From the NCBI GenBank assembly GCA_022729235.1, contig JALDAJ010000001.1, positions 864,001 to 928,000 of the forward strand: DNA of 64,000 nucleotides, written 5' to 3'. Below, piece after piece: positions 9,347 through 18,890 of the stretch. How positions within the stretch are numbered: the stretch's first letter is position 1; every line of letters starts with the position of its first letter. A model generated the notes under the pieces. That model worked only from the letters and a program-made list of their open reading frames with translations, searched no databases and was not told where the DNA came from. The stretch comes from Candidatus Nanohalarchaeota archaeon (GTDB taxonomy: Archaea; Nanohalarchaeota; Nanosalinia; Nanosalinales; Nanosalinaceae). The position numbers were made by a program, and so were the translations under genes.

Positions 9347-9481
9347 CTACCGTGCCTTGTTCATGTGTTTCATGCAGAACTGGTGGCAGTAGCCTTCGCC
9401 TGTCTCGTAAAAATCAGCTTTCATGCGGACAATACTGCCGCAGAGTATGCAGTCTCCTATAGGTAATGATGATTCTTTCAT
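9347..9481 (-). CDS. small Zn-finger protein (44 aa)
   Basis: Manual translation MKESSLPIGDCILCGSIVRMKADFYETGEGYCHQFCMKHMNKAR; CxxC..HxxC; G-rich RBS-like tract upstream; not in ORF track. Confidence 0.65.
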   Translation of the reverse strand: MKESSLPIGDCILCGSIVRMKADFYETGEGYCHQFCMKHMNKAR

Positions 9482-9585
9482 CCCCCTTCCCCCGGCACAA
9501 GGTTATCGGTGCTTCATTAAAAAGGTGTGTTTACTTGAGTGGTGCTTCAATCGATATTTTAAATTCCGGAGAACTGATTTGGTAC

Positions 9586-10845
9586 GTGAAGTCGCTGAAA
9601 ATATACCAGATAGGGCTCGGAAGTTTTGGACGTCACGGCTTTGAGAAGCTGGTGGAGATGCATAACCACCTGGAAGAGGTAGATGTAGAGCTGAAAGGTG
9701 TCTGTGAAAGAGATTTTGACAGGTTAGAGGAGGCACAAAAATTTGCCGAGGCGAACGGTATCGATATCGAGACGTTTCACAGCGTAGAGGAGATGTACGA
9801 CGCGGCAGAAGAAGAGAGTGGAAAAGTGATGTTCTACGGTGCAGGTCCTGCAGACGTTCACGCCCATCACATATACGAGTCACTGCAGAGAGGGTTTTTC
9901 CACCTGGCGGAGAAACCGCCGTCGATGACGAGAGAACAGCACCTGAGGGAGAAGGAGCTTTCGAAGGAGCGCGATGTGTTCTACAAGGTTGACTTCGTTG
10001 AGAGAGAAAACCCTGTCGTGAAAAAAGCACTTGACCTGCTTGAAGGCGAGGACATCGAATCGATAAAGGTTTTCAGGGAGAGTAGCATCGGTGCGCAGAA
10101 AGTCCTTCAGCCAGTGGAAAGGCAGGGTGTTAAAGGAGGGGATATACTTGACAAGATGGTTCACGAGGTATACGTCCTGGACTTCCTTGAGGCTGCAGGT
10201 ATGGAGCCGGAACTGGAGCTGGAGGAGGCTGTATCTCCTTACTTCATGCCTAAAACTCCAGGGTCAGAAAAACTGATGTCGGTCAACGGTAGTGTACTGG
10301 AGGATATCAGTGAAAAGACGGCGACGGGTAGAACCCATGCTGTGTTCCAGGCAGGTGATGTCGACGTAGAGTTTTACTCGAGCTGGTTAGGTGTTAGTGA
10401 GGAGGCAAAGAGCGCCGCGGAAAGAGTGGAAGACCTTGTGGAAGAATCAGTTATTGATAGGAGTCACAGAGGTGCCGGTGACAAAGCGTTCGTTGACGAG
10501 GAGGCACGTTTCTTCGTGGTGGAGGGTACCCGGGAACTAGCAGGAGACATGCTTCACGGAAACCTTTACGATCTTGATTCAGGTCAGCAGATCGAGGTCC
10601 CTGATCTTCTCCACGATCAGCTCTACCGTGTCGTGGAAAAGGCAGTATTATCTGCAGTGGGTAAAGATGTAGATCACGAGGTCACGGAAAAGGAAATCGA
10701 TATTTTCATGAACGCAGTGTTTGACGTGAAAGAGAGAGTGGTTGAAAACGCGGACGGGTTCATGGATGAGCTTGAGCGCGCCAATAGAAGGCTTAAAGAG
10801 ATGATTATAGAGGATTTAAAGATGGAGGAAGGGGTGACAGCATGA
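9586..10845 (+). CDS. Gfo/Idh/MocA-family oxidoreductase-like protein
   Basis: IGLGSFG Rossmann motif, AEKP, ERENP, GGDILDKMVHE; probable GTG start. Confidence 0.8.
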   Translation: MKSLKIYQIGLGSFGRHGFEKLVEMHNHLEEVDVELKGVCERDFDRLEEAQKFAEANGIDIETFHSVEEMYDAAEEESGKVMFYGAGPADVHAHHIYESLQRGFFHLAEKPPSMTREQHLREKELSKERDVFYKVDFVERENPVVKKALDLLEGEDIESIKVFRESSIGAQKVLQPVERQGVKGGDILDKMVHEVYVLDFLEAAGMEPELELEEAVSPYFMPKTPGSEKLMSVNGSVLEDISEKTATGRTHAVFQAGDVDVEFYSSWLGVSEEAKSAAERVEDLVEESVIDRSHRGAGDKAFVDEEARFFVVEGTRELAGDMLHGNLYDLDSGQQIEVPDLLHDQLYRVVEKAVLSAVGKDVDHEVTEKEIDIFMNAVFDVKERVVENADGFMDELERANRRLKEMIIEDLKMEEGVTA

Positions 10846-11936
10846 AAGCAGTTATACCGGTTGCGGCGAAGAAAGAGTCTCTTTTCCCGTTCTCGGAGTC
10901 CAGACCAGTAGGTTTGATGCCGGTGGTAGGTAAGCCGCTGGTAAGCCATCTGATATCTGCGCTCCAGGAAGTAGGTGTTGACGATATCTACCTGGTTACG
11001 AACTACATGGAGGAGCAGTTCGAGGAAGTTTTCGATGAGTACACTAATGTCAACCTGATAACCCAGGAAGAACTGAACGGTACAGCTGCAGCGGTCAACT
11101 GCTGTGACTTTATAGATGAAGAGTTTTTCGTTGTCAACGGTGATGTGATGGTCTCCCAGCGCGACCTGGAGAGTCTTCTTGAGAAACACAATAACTCGGG
11201 AGACGGGGTTACCCTGCTTGCAACAGACCAGAGAAAGCCGGAGAAGTTTGGTGTCCTGAGCATAACCAATGACCGTGTCAAATCGATAGAGGAGAAACCT
11301 GAAGAGGCGGAAAACCCGCTTGTAAACACTGGTATCTATGTTTTTGATCCAGAGATATTTGATTATATTCAGAGACTTGAAAACGACTACCTTAGTTTAA
11401 CAGATGCTGTCGCAGGGATGATCGGTGACAGCGAGGGGCGTTTTGAGCTTATCCAGGATTACTGGTTCGATATAAACTCACCCCGGAAGCTGTGGGAGGC
11501 GGACAAGATAAAACGAGATCACGATACCAGGGGAGTTCACGGGGAAGCAGATATCAGTGAAAACGCGGAGGTAGGTGATAACGTAGTCATAGAGAAAGGT
11601 GCAGAGGTCAGACCCGGATCTGTTATAGAAGGAAGCTACATTGGTGAAAACGCGGTTATAGGACCGAACACAGTCGTCAAAGGGTCAACGGTTTCAAGAA
11701 ACAGCGACCTTGAGGAGTGCAGTGTTTCCAACTCACTCCTGTTCGAACGCACCGCCCTGAAGGCGTTCACCTCGATTGAGCAGTGTATACTTGGAGAAGA
11801 GGTTGAGGTCGAGCCCGGGACGGTTATACGGGAATCGTTTATCGGTCCACGCAGTTTTATCGAGATGAACAACTCTATACGGAACGTGGAATTCGTTCCT
11901 GATGCAAGAACAGATCTTGGTGAAATCAGTAAGTAA
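10842..11936 (+). CDS. GlmU-like nucleotidyltransferase plus beta-helix, with degenerate signature loop
   Basis: MKAVIPVAAKKESLFP, GTAAA, VNGD, EEKP, NTGIY, hexapeptide repeats; GxGTR missing. Confidence 0.85.
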   Translation: MKAVIPVAAKKESLFPFSESRPVGLMPVVGKPLVSHLISALQEVGVDDIYLVTNYMEEQFEEVFDEYTNVNLITQEELNGTAAAVNCCDFIDEEFFVVNGDVMVSQRDLESLLEKHNNSGDGVTLLATDQRKPEKFGVLSITNDRVKSIEEKPEEAENPLVNTGIYVFDPEIFDYIQRLENDYLSLTDAVAGMIGDSEGRFELIQDYWFDINSPRKLWEADKIKRDHDTRGVHGEADISENAEVGDNVVIEKGAEVRPGSVIEGSYIGENAVIGPNTVVKGSTVSRNSDLEECSVSNSLLFERTALKAFTSIEQCILGEEVEVEPGTVIRESFIGPRSFIEMNNSIRNVEFVPDARTDLGEISK

Positions 11937-12022
11937 TCCTGTATGTTAAACTTTTCTGTTGTTCTACACATTTGTCGTTCTGTATGGCATCATATGAAGT
12001 AGAATAGATATTTTAGACCTGC

Positions 12023-13477
12023 ATGGAACTCAAGGTCCGTGAAGGGGAGAGTAAAGAGGTTAAATCAGCTATTGATGGCGCAGATATCTGGTTAACCCCG
12101 GAGGTTAAGAATCAGGTAGCAGAGATAGAAAATAGTTATCCTTATTACTGGGGTGACGGAGAGCTCAAGGAAGCAGTTTTCCGGGTTTCGCACCAGATTC
12201 ATGGTTTCCTTGAGATGGATCGGGTAGACCCCGGGAGCAATGATATACTTGTTGCGACAGACTTTGACGGTCCAGTGAATATCCTGGATTCTACAGTTTT
12301 AGAGCAGTTGCCAGGAGATAATCGTCCCGGTGATGTCAACATGCATCCCGGGTTCCAGGAAGCGTGGGAGTTTATTCCTTATGAGACCAGTGTTTTGACC
12401 TCGGTGATATCCAACAGGAGTGTTCCTTACCTCCAGTACTGGTCAGATAACCATCTCGGCGACTTCCTTGGCTCAAGACTGACCCTGGTAGGTGAGGGGG
12501 GAGCAACTTATACGGAGGGACTGGCTGACAGTGTCTCGTCCGCGGTGGAGCTGGAAAACATTCATTTTACATCTATGCCTGATATCTCCGTTACAGATAC
12601 CCTTTACAGGGAAGGAGAGGGTATAGATATCAGTGAAAGGGTGGGGCTGGAAAGAGAAATATACCGCAGGGCAGCGGATGAAGGTCGGAAGATAGTATCT
12701 GCCCGGAAGTTCTCCCCTGAGATGGTAACCGTCAGCTTTGAAGGTTCAGGTCTTAACCTGGAAGAGGAAAGAACTGGTATCTGGAACAGTGATTTCTATG
12801 CAGAAACGTACGGAGACATATCAATAGAGGAGTTATGGGACTTTATATCTGATTTTGAAGAAGGAGAGTTTTACCGCCTTGGGAGCACAGATGCTATAGT
12901 ATTCAGGGACAGTTACGAGAGCGCTAAAACTCTTAGCAGGGTCCTGAATTACAAGCCCGCTGAACTCCGGTTTGACAGACCTAATGAAGGACTTCTTGAA
13001 AAAATTCCGGGGAAACAGGTAGAGAGCCCGGAGAATTATCTGATGTTCACCACTCATCCCATGGCTGATGAAGATTACACGTTTAAGGATGCCAGAGAGG
13101 ACCTAGAAGCTGCGGCACGCTGTTACAGGGAAAGAACAGGGAATGAAGTAGAACTGGTTCATAACACAGACTGGTGGACCGATTATATTCTCGGCGAAAA
13201 AACAGGTAAGGAAAGTTCAACAGAGGAACTCCTGGAAAATCACCCAAGATTCCGTCCTGAAAACACTGTTATCTTTTATATGGGGGACAAGTCTACGGAC
13301 GTCTATACCGGAGATAGATCTTACTTTTTCGCACAGGAAGGAAAACCTGCTGAAGACGCAGCCAGGGACAAAGGTACTCGATACGGTGTAGCAGAGACCT
13401 CTGTGGACTACGCACTAGGAATCGCGGATTTGATGTACCACGTAGGTGTGACTGATGACTCAGAGAGCGGTTCCTGA
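12023..13477 (+). CDS. HAD-superfamily hydrolase-like protein with large cap
   Basis: ATDFDGP (motif I), SNR (II), GKE (III), GDKSTD (IV). Confidence 0.65.
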   Translation: MELKVREGESKEVKSAIDGADIWLTPEVKNQVAEIENSYPYYWGDGELKEAVFRVSHQIHGFLEMDRVDPGSNDILVATDFDGPVNILDSTVLEQLPGDNRPGDVNMHPGFQEAWEFIPYETSVLTSVISNRSVPYLQYWSDNHLGDFLGSRLTLVGEGGATYTEGLADSVSSAVELENIHFTSMPDISVTDTLYREGEGIDISERVGLEREIYRRAADEGRKIVSARKFSPEMVTVSFEGSGLNLEEERTGIWNSDFYAETYGDISIEELWDFISDFEEGEFYRLGSTDAIVFRDSYESAKTLSRVLNYKPAELRFDRPNEGLLEKIPGKQVESPENYLMFTTHPMADEDYTFKDAREDLEAAARCYRERTGNEVELVHNTDWWTDYILGEKTGKESSTEELLENHPRFRPENTVIFYMGDKSTDVYTGDRSYFFAQEGKPAEDAARDKGTRYGVAETSVDYALGIADLMYHVGVTDDSESGS

Positions 13478-13517
13478 CCTAAAGACATAAAGAAGTAATG
13501 AAGATAATTTTTCGGTG

Positions 13518-14708
13518 ATGAAAGCCGTTATCCTCGCTGCGGGTAAAGGGACTCGTATGAGACCTCTCACAGAGGATACACCTAAACCTCTTCTACCGGT
13601 TGCAGGAAAACCTATAATCCGGCATACAGTTGATCTTTTAGAAGGACACGTAGAGGAGATAATCGTTGTAGCGGGGTACGAGAAACAGCAGGTAGAGGAC
13701 TTTTTCTCCAGTGATTCGTATGTTCGGGTGGTAGAACAGGAAGAACCTCTTGGAACCGCTGACGCAGCATTGACTGCCCAGGACTACGTGGATGGGAAGA
13801 CGCTGGTGATTAATGGCGATGATATCTACCGGGTTGACATGGAGGGAATAAGAACGGTGGACAGAGGCGTCATTGCTTCAGAAGTAGACGACCCGGAGAG
13901 TTATGGGGTAATCAGTGCTGAGGACGGACAGGTTAAAGGTATAGAAGAAAAACCGGATAATCCTGGTTCAAACCTGGTGAATACAGGGTTCTACATCGTA
14001 CAAGAGGATTTTTTCGAGTTACTTGAAAAAGTGGAAGAGTCGGAAAGAGGAGAGTACGAGATAACACGTGCTTTAAACCAGTATATCAAGAGCTACGGCG
14101 TCGAAGTTGTAGAGGCGGAGAACTGGTTTCCCTGCAGCTATCCGTGGCAACTTATCGAAGCAAACGAGCAACTGATGGATAGGCTGGAGGGCAGGATTGA
14201 AGGCGAGGTAGATAGGTCTGCCTCGGTAAATGGTGAAGTAGTAATAGAAGAAAACGCCGTTATCCAAGAAAACACGGTTATAGACGGACCTGCCATCATA
14301 AAAACAGGGGCTGAGATCGGTCCAAACGCGCATATCCGGCAAGGAACAGTACTTCACAACAATGTTAATGTCGGTAACGGCTCTGAGGTAAAGAATTCGG
14401 TGGTGATGGAGGACTCCTCACTACCGCACCTGAACTATATTGGAGACAGCTACGTAGGCAGAAATACCAACATCGGGGGAGGCACGATAACAGCTAATAT
14501 CCGCCACGATAATAAGGAGGTCATGATGGAGGTCAAGGACAGCCTTATGGAAACGGGTAGAGAGAAACTGGGGGCGGTTATAGGTCCGGGGGCTAAAATC
14601 GGTGTAAACTGCTCTATCAATCCTGGCAGGATAATCGGTTACGAAACAACGGTGGCGCCGGGAACAGTGGTTAAGAAGAATATTATTCCCGGGGCAGAAA
14701 AACGATGA
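13518..14708 (+). CDS. glmU: bifunctional sugar-1-phosphate nucleotidyltransferase/acetyltransferase (archaeal GlmU)
   Basis: LAAGKGTRMRPL..PKPL, EEKP, SERGEYEI, HLNYIGDS, TANIRHD. Confidence 0.92.
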   Translation: MKAVILAAGKGTRMRPLTEDTPKPLLPVAGKPIIRHTVDLLEGHVEEIIVVAGYEKQQVEDFFSSDSYVRVVEQEEPLGTADAALTAQDYVDGKTLVINGDDIYRVDMEGIRTVDRGVIASEVDDPESYGVISAEDGQVKGIEEKPDNPGSNLVNTGFYIVQEDFFELLEKVEESERGEYEITRALNQYIKSYGVEVVEAENWFPCSYPWQLIEANEQLMDRLEGRIEGEVDRSASVNGEVVIEENAVIQENTVIDGPAIIKTGAEIGPNAHIRQGTVLHNNVNVGNGSEVKNSVVMEDSSLPHLNYIGDSYVGRNTNIGGGTITANIRHDNKEVMMEVKDSLMETGREKLGAVIGPGAKIGVNCSINPGRIIGYETTVAPGTVVKKNIIPGAEKR

Positions 14709-15202
14709 AGATAGGTATTGACTTTGACCGCGTACTTTTCAAGACAGAAGAATTCAAGGAGTTCCTGGAACAAAAAATCCCGGGATTCATAGGAGCATAT
14801 CCTGAAGAAGGTGTTTACAATCCTGGTAGACATGCGGAAAGCCTTGGTATAGAAAAAGAAGAGATAATGGACGCGCTCGGGAACGCTGACAGGTTTATCA
14901 GGGATGATGCTTCAGAACTCAGGGAGCTCAGACCAGGTCATGAACTTGTACTTGTAAGCCGTGGAGACCCGGCGTTCCAGGGCAGGAAAATCACTAACTC
15001 AGGGGTATGCGAGCTATTCGATGCAGTGGTTGTCATAAAGGACGGACCAAAGGACAGGATTGATATCGACTTCCTGGTAGATGATGCCGATTTCGAACAT
15101 GAAAGAGCTGATGTACCCGGTTTCAGATTCGATATGAGAAGGCACAGTGTTAGAGATATAGTTGAGAAGGTGAGAGAGCTTGAAGCCAGAAAAAGTGTTT
15201 AA
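14705..15202 (+). CDS. small HAD-superfamily phosphatase-like protein
   Basis: IGIDFDRVL, LVSRG, FLVDD. Confidence 0.7.
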   Translation: MKIGIDFDRVLFKTEEFKEFLEQKIPGFIGAYPEEGVYNPGRHAESLGIEKEEIMDALGNADRFIRDDASELRELRPGHELVLVSRGDPAFQGRKITNSGVCELFDAVVVIKDGPKDRIDIDFLVDDADFEHERADVPGFRFDMRRHSVRDIVEKVRELEARKSV

Positions 15203-16505
15203 ACGGTACGACATCCGCGGGAACTACCCTGGTGAAATCGATGAAGAATTTGCAGAACTACTGGGTAGAGCCATCGGAACCTTCTCAAGGCAAGAGTACT
15301 CGAGTAAAGTAGTTGTTGGAAGAGACAGCAAGAAAAGCTCTTTACCTCTTAAAAAGGCGTTCGTTGAGGGTTTAAGGGGTGCGGGCGTTGATGTTCTGGA
15401 CGCTGGTACAGGACCGACCGACTACGTAGCATTAGCGGGACGGGAAAATAAGTCTGTATCAGTCCAGATAACCTCGTCCCACTTACCTCTTGACACCAAC
15501 GGCTTCAAGTTCATGTACCCAGAAGGCAACGGCTTCCTGAACCCGGATCTTTACGAGGTCCAGGATTTGTTCCGGGAAAGAGACTTCAAGAGCGGAACGG
15601 GAAAGGTTGAAGATGTATCGGGAGAGTCCTATGAAAGATACTTCGAGGAAGTAAAACAATTTTTCCACCAGTACTTTGACTCCATTGACAGGAAGGTCGT
15701 GGTTGATACGCTAGGAGGTGCTGCAAACGGTTTTCTGCCGGAACTTCTCGAAGAACTCGGCGCTGAAGTCGTAGATATTGCCGCGGAGAAAGACGCGGAT
15801 GAACCCTACGTTGATCCTCCGAACCCGGAGCCGGGAGAACTGGAGTACGTAGCGGAGCGTGTTGAAGAGGAGAACGCTGATATCGCGCTCGCAACCGATA
15901 TGGACGCGGACAGGGTCGCGGTCTACTATGGTGAAGAGTGGTTAACAGGAGACCAGCTTTTCGCGGTTCTCGCGGGACTGATGACTCCTGAAAAAGTTGT
16001 AGCCTCAGTAGATACCTCTACCTTGCTTGAAGAAGTTGTGCAGGGTAAGGATGGAGAAGTATACTATACCCGGGTAGGAGATCCGTTTGTCGCGGATAAA
16101 GCTCTTGAAGAGGATGCGGTACTTGCTGGAGAGCCAAACAACCATTACTGTTTTCCCGGTTTCGTCCCATACAACTCTGGCACACTTACTGGGCTTTTAC
16201 TCTCCGCGGCAGACCTGGAGAATCTTCTCGAAGAAGTTCCAAATCGCTCTACAGGACGTACCAGTCTGGAGGTTGAGGACAATAAGGTCAAAGAGGATGT
16301 CATGCAGGATATAGAGAATGAGGTCAGAGAGGAACATGAGATGATTTCCGACCTGGACGGTGTGAAGTTCAGGAAGGAAGGTGCAACTGTTCTTGCCCGA
16401 CCGTCCTCCCGCTCACCTGTTATACGGGTAGCAGTTGAGGCTCAGAGTAGAGAGGACGTGGAGAATGTTCTGGGAGAGGTCAGGGAGCTTGTCCGGAACC
16501 AATAA
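15180..16505 (+). CDS. phosphomannomutase/phosphoglucomutase family protein
   Basis: FKRYDIRG, TSSHLP..NGFK, DMDADR, VGD, GE motifs; TTG start overlapping the previous gene. Confidence 0.92.
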   Translation: MKPEKVFKRYDIRGNYPGEIDEEFAELLGRAIGTFSRQEYSSKVVVGRDSKKSSLPLKKAFVEGLRGAGVDVLDAGTGPTDYVALAGRENKSVSVQITSSHLPLDTNGFKFMYPEGNGFLNPDLYEVQDLFRERDFKSGTGKVEDVSGESYERYFEEVKQFFHQYFDSIDRKVVVDTLGGAANGFLPELLEELGAEVVDIAAEKDADEPYVDPPNPEPGELEYVAERVEEENADIALATDMDADRVAVYYGEEWLTGDQLFAVLAGLMTPEKVVASVDTSTLLEEVVQGKDGEVYYTRVGDPFVADKALEEDAVLAGEPNNHYCFPGFVPYNSGTLTGLLLSAADLENLLEEVPNRSTGRTSLEVEDNKVKEDVMQDIENEVREEHEMISDLDGVKFRKEGATVLARPSSRSPVIRVAVEAQSREDVENVLGEVRELVRNQ

Positions 16506-16530
16506 AACTTGGTCTGAGAAATCATTCCCT

Positions 16531-16746
16531 ATGAGCGATACACTTCACAGTTTCTCTGAAGGACCCTATGACCTCCTGAATTACTCGATTGAGACAAACA
16601 ATGGAAAAGTGGTGATTGAAGTCAACAACGGCGGTCTAGGAAGACTGCCTATCGAGAACATGGAAACAGTCGAACAACTGAGAGAGGCACTCGAAAAGGT
16701 AGAGGCTCACTTCAAAGAACTGAAGAGAAGACAGGAAGAGCTTTAG
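16531..16746 (+). CDS. small hypothetical protein
   Basis: ATG 16531, 71 aa, acidic, directly after the mutase gene. Confidence 0.6.
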   Translation: MSDTLHSFSEGPYDLLNYSIETNNGKVVIEVNNGGLGRLPIENMETVEQLREALEKVEAHFKELKRRQEEL

Positions 16747-16840
16747 TAAATCTTCCTCAAAATGTTTCATGTTTCTGGTCAGGATTTCCAATTGCTCTTT
16801 TTGGCAGTTACAGCGATACAGGTGTCGTGGAAAGTCAGTA
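16747..16840 (-). pseudogene. remnant of a PIN-domain (VapC-like) gene
   Basis: LTFHDTCIAVTAK, then a frameshift in an A run, then EQLEILTRNMKHFE; matches the VapC C-terminal D..IA.TA....L.T.N..HF pattern. Confidence 0.6.
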
Positions 16841-16877
16841 CAATTCCAAAAATAAGAGAAGAAAAAGAGTAAAGATG

Positions 16878-16911
16878 AAGGCTTCGAGACGTTTTAAACG
16901 TCTCTTGCCTT
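16878..16911 (-). terminator. hairpin over the histone stop codon, followed by a pyrimidine tract
   Basis: GAGACGTTT/AAACGTCTC inverted repeat extended by AAGGC/GCCTT; T-rich run downstream on minus strand. Confidence 0.5.
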
Positions 16912-17061
16912 GCAGGTTCTGCGTCCGTTGTCTTCTGCTCTTTCTACGGCTCTGTTGATGAGTCTTTTGACTTCATCGTCTAGAGCGTCGTAGAAGTCGC
17001 TTCCGACGTTTACGCCAGATGCGGCGTCACGGACGCCTGATTTCTTTAGAACGTCTACCAT
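16894..17061 (-). CDS. small histone-fold protein (DUF1931-like, face-to-face type)
   Basis: Manual translation MVDVLKKSGVRDAASGVNVGSDFYDALDDEVKRLINRAVERAEDNGRRTCKARDV; RA..N.R.T...RD histone signature; GGTGA RBS; not in ORF track. Confidence 0.9.
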   Translation of the reverse strand: MVDVLKKSGVRDAASGVNVGSDFYDALDDEVKRLINRAVERAEDNGRRTCKARDV

Positions 17062-17250
17062 GGTTGATTCACCAATTAGCTATTGTGTGGCTTCTTTTTT
17101 ATAGGGAGGGGGTTTCCGGGCTTTAAACAACCTAGTCTCGGTCTCTACTACCGGTTTTGTTATTTCAAGTCGATGAAAAATAAACCTTAAAAAGGGGATA
17201 ATAGCCGTTATCAGCCATTAATAAAGGTTTTCTTTATATAGCGCTTTTTT

Positions 17251-17268
17251 GTTCGGTTTGAACCGAAC
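17251..17268. promoter_or_regulatory. palindromic operator GTTCGG-N6-CCGAAC
   Basis: GTTCGGTTTGAACCGAAC upstream of the ArsR gene; second copy at 25912. Confidence 0.6.
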
Positions 17269-17310
17269 CGGACTTGTTAAAATAAAAAGTACTTTCCATC
17301 ATTTTTAGCC

Positions 17311-17850
17311 ATGGAGCTTGATTTCAAAACTGTCAAGGCACTTTCTTCTCCTACCAGGATAAGGATACTTAACCAGGTCCTCGAGCAGGAGTCTACCCCG
17401 ACCGCGCTGAGTGAGAACCTGGACCGGAGCAAGTCAACTGTTTCCTCCCATCTTGACACGCTCGTAGACGCAGATCTCGTGGAGAAGGATAAGGAGGAAG
17501 GACGCAGGAGGGTGATTTACAGACCTACTGGGAAGGCGGAGGACATAGTACGGGGAAAGGAGAAAAGAGTCAAGTTCAGCCTCGCCTCATCTTTCGTGTC
17601 TGCCTTCGCCGGGGTTGCTCTTGTAGGGAGTCAGGTTGTTGACTATACATCAGGGACTGTTGAAGACAGGGCGTACCTCCAGGAGGATTCTCCTGGTGTC
17701 ATGGCTGAGACTGCAGAAACTGCTCCTGCAGGAGGTCAGGAGTTTTTACTTGATCCTTCAACCGCGGTTCTTGCCTTCGGTCTGTTCTTCATCACTGTCT
17801 CCGCCCTTGCCCTCATATATGGTCTGGTTATGAGGCGGATAGGACGGTGA
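17311..17850 (+). CDS. membrane-anchored ArsR-family transcriptional regulator
   Basis: ALSSPTRIRIL..SKSTVSSHL..L..ADLV wHTH followed by two hydrophobic helices. Confidence 0.88.
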   Translation: MELDFKTVKALSSPTRIRILNQVLEQESTPTALSENLDRSKSTVSSHLDTLVDADLVEKDKEEGRRRVIYRPTGKAEDIVRGKEKRVKFSLASSFVSAFAGVALVGSQVVDYTSGTVEDRAYLQEDSPGVMAETAETAPAGGQEFLLDPSTAVLAFGLFFITVSALALIYGLVMRRIGR

Positions 17851-17944
17851 CTGGCAAAGGTATTAAACTTTTCAACATCAATGTTTCTAACGTGTTAAAG
17901 TGAGAAACAACACCAACTATCTCGGACTTGCTCTGTGACTTCAA

Positions 17945-18391
17945 ATGGCATCTTGTAAACTATGTGGACAGGACGCGGATTCTCTAAAAAAGGTTAAAAT
18001 CGAGGGAGCAACGCTCAAGGTCTGCGACTCGTGCTCGGATATGGGCGAGGAAGTAGGGACTTCGAAGAAGAGAAAAAAGAAGACAAGAAGCAGGTCTGCC
18101 AGACCAAGGTCTGAAAAGGTCCTGGTGAACGATTACGGGTCCCGGATTAAGGAGGCGCGTGAAGAAGAGGGGATATCCATCAAGGAACTCGCTGATGAAT
18201 TAAATGAAAAAGTCTCGCTCCTCAGCAAGCTTGAAAAAGAAGATCTTAAGCCGGATAACTCACTTGCGAAGAAGATCGAGGATAGGTTAGGAATTGATCT
18301 CTACACAACGCCCACGGTTCATGACCACGACGCACCGAGTTCGGACAGCAGGAAAGCTACTCTTGGAGACGTTGCGGAAGTAAAGGACTAG
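17945..18391 (+). CDS. mbf1: archaeal multiprotein bridging factor aMBF1
   Basis: CKLCG..IEGA.L.VCDSC Zn ribbon, Cro-type HTH, TLGD tail. Confidence 0.93.
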   Translation: MASCKLCGQDADSLKKVKIEGATLKVCDSCSDMGEEVGTSKKRKKKTRSRSARPRSEKVLVNDYGSRIKEAREEEGISIKELADELNEKVSLLSKLEKEDLKPDNSLAKKIEDRLGIDLYTTPTVHDHDAPSSDSRKATLGDVAEVKD

Positions 18392-18852
18392 AGCCTGAAC
18401 TCCTGGTCAAGTAACAGGTGAGAGATTAATCCCAGACCCAGGGCTGTACCCGGGACTGCAGAACCGAGAAGGTAGACCCCGATGACAACTACCAGACTTG
18501 ACAGGGTCACGCAGAAACTGAGGGTATGGGTTATACCGCGGTGCTTTATCTTCACCGCGTCCAGGAGAAGATAGACTGCTACAAGAGCCAGTATGGATGC
18601 AGCGAAACGGTACACGATATCCGCAGGGATAAAGAGCAATAAGAACAGGCCAGCAGATATACTTGTCATCGCCTTCACCGAGCGGTGGACGTAAGCGTTC
18701 TTGTTATCGATGTCAGGCAGGACAGAACCTATGAAAACAAGTATGACCGAGATAACAGCTTCACTGCTCGTGATATCTACCTCACCCAGGACATAAACTG
18801 TTACAGCAGCCAGCAGGAAACCGAACAAAACGTGCTCATGGAAGTCTCCCAT
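18388..18852 (-). CDS. membrane-bound metal-dependent hydrolase (YdjM-like)
   Basis: H..F, LPDID, HRGITH, SHLLLD motifs. Confidence 0.88.
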   Translation of the reverse strand: MGDFHEHVLFGFLLAAVTVYVLGEVDITSSEAVISVILVFIGSVLPDIDNKNAYVHRSVKAMTSISAGLFLLLFIPADIVYRFAASILALVAVYLLLDAVKIKHRGITHTLSFCVTLSSLVVVIGVYLLGSAVPGTALGLGLISHLLLDQEFRL

Positions 18853-18890
18853 CAAAAAAACTATACGTCACGCCGCTTAAAGTTACTTAT

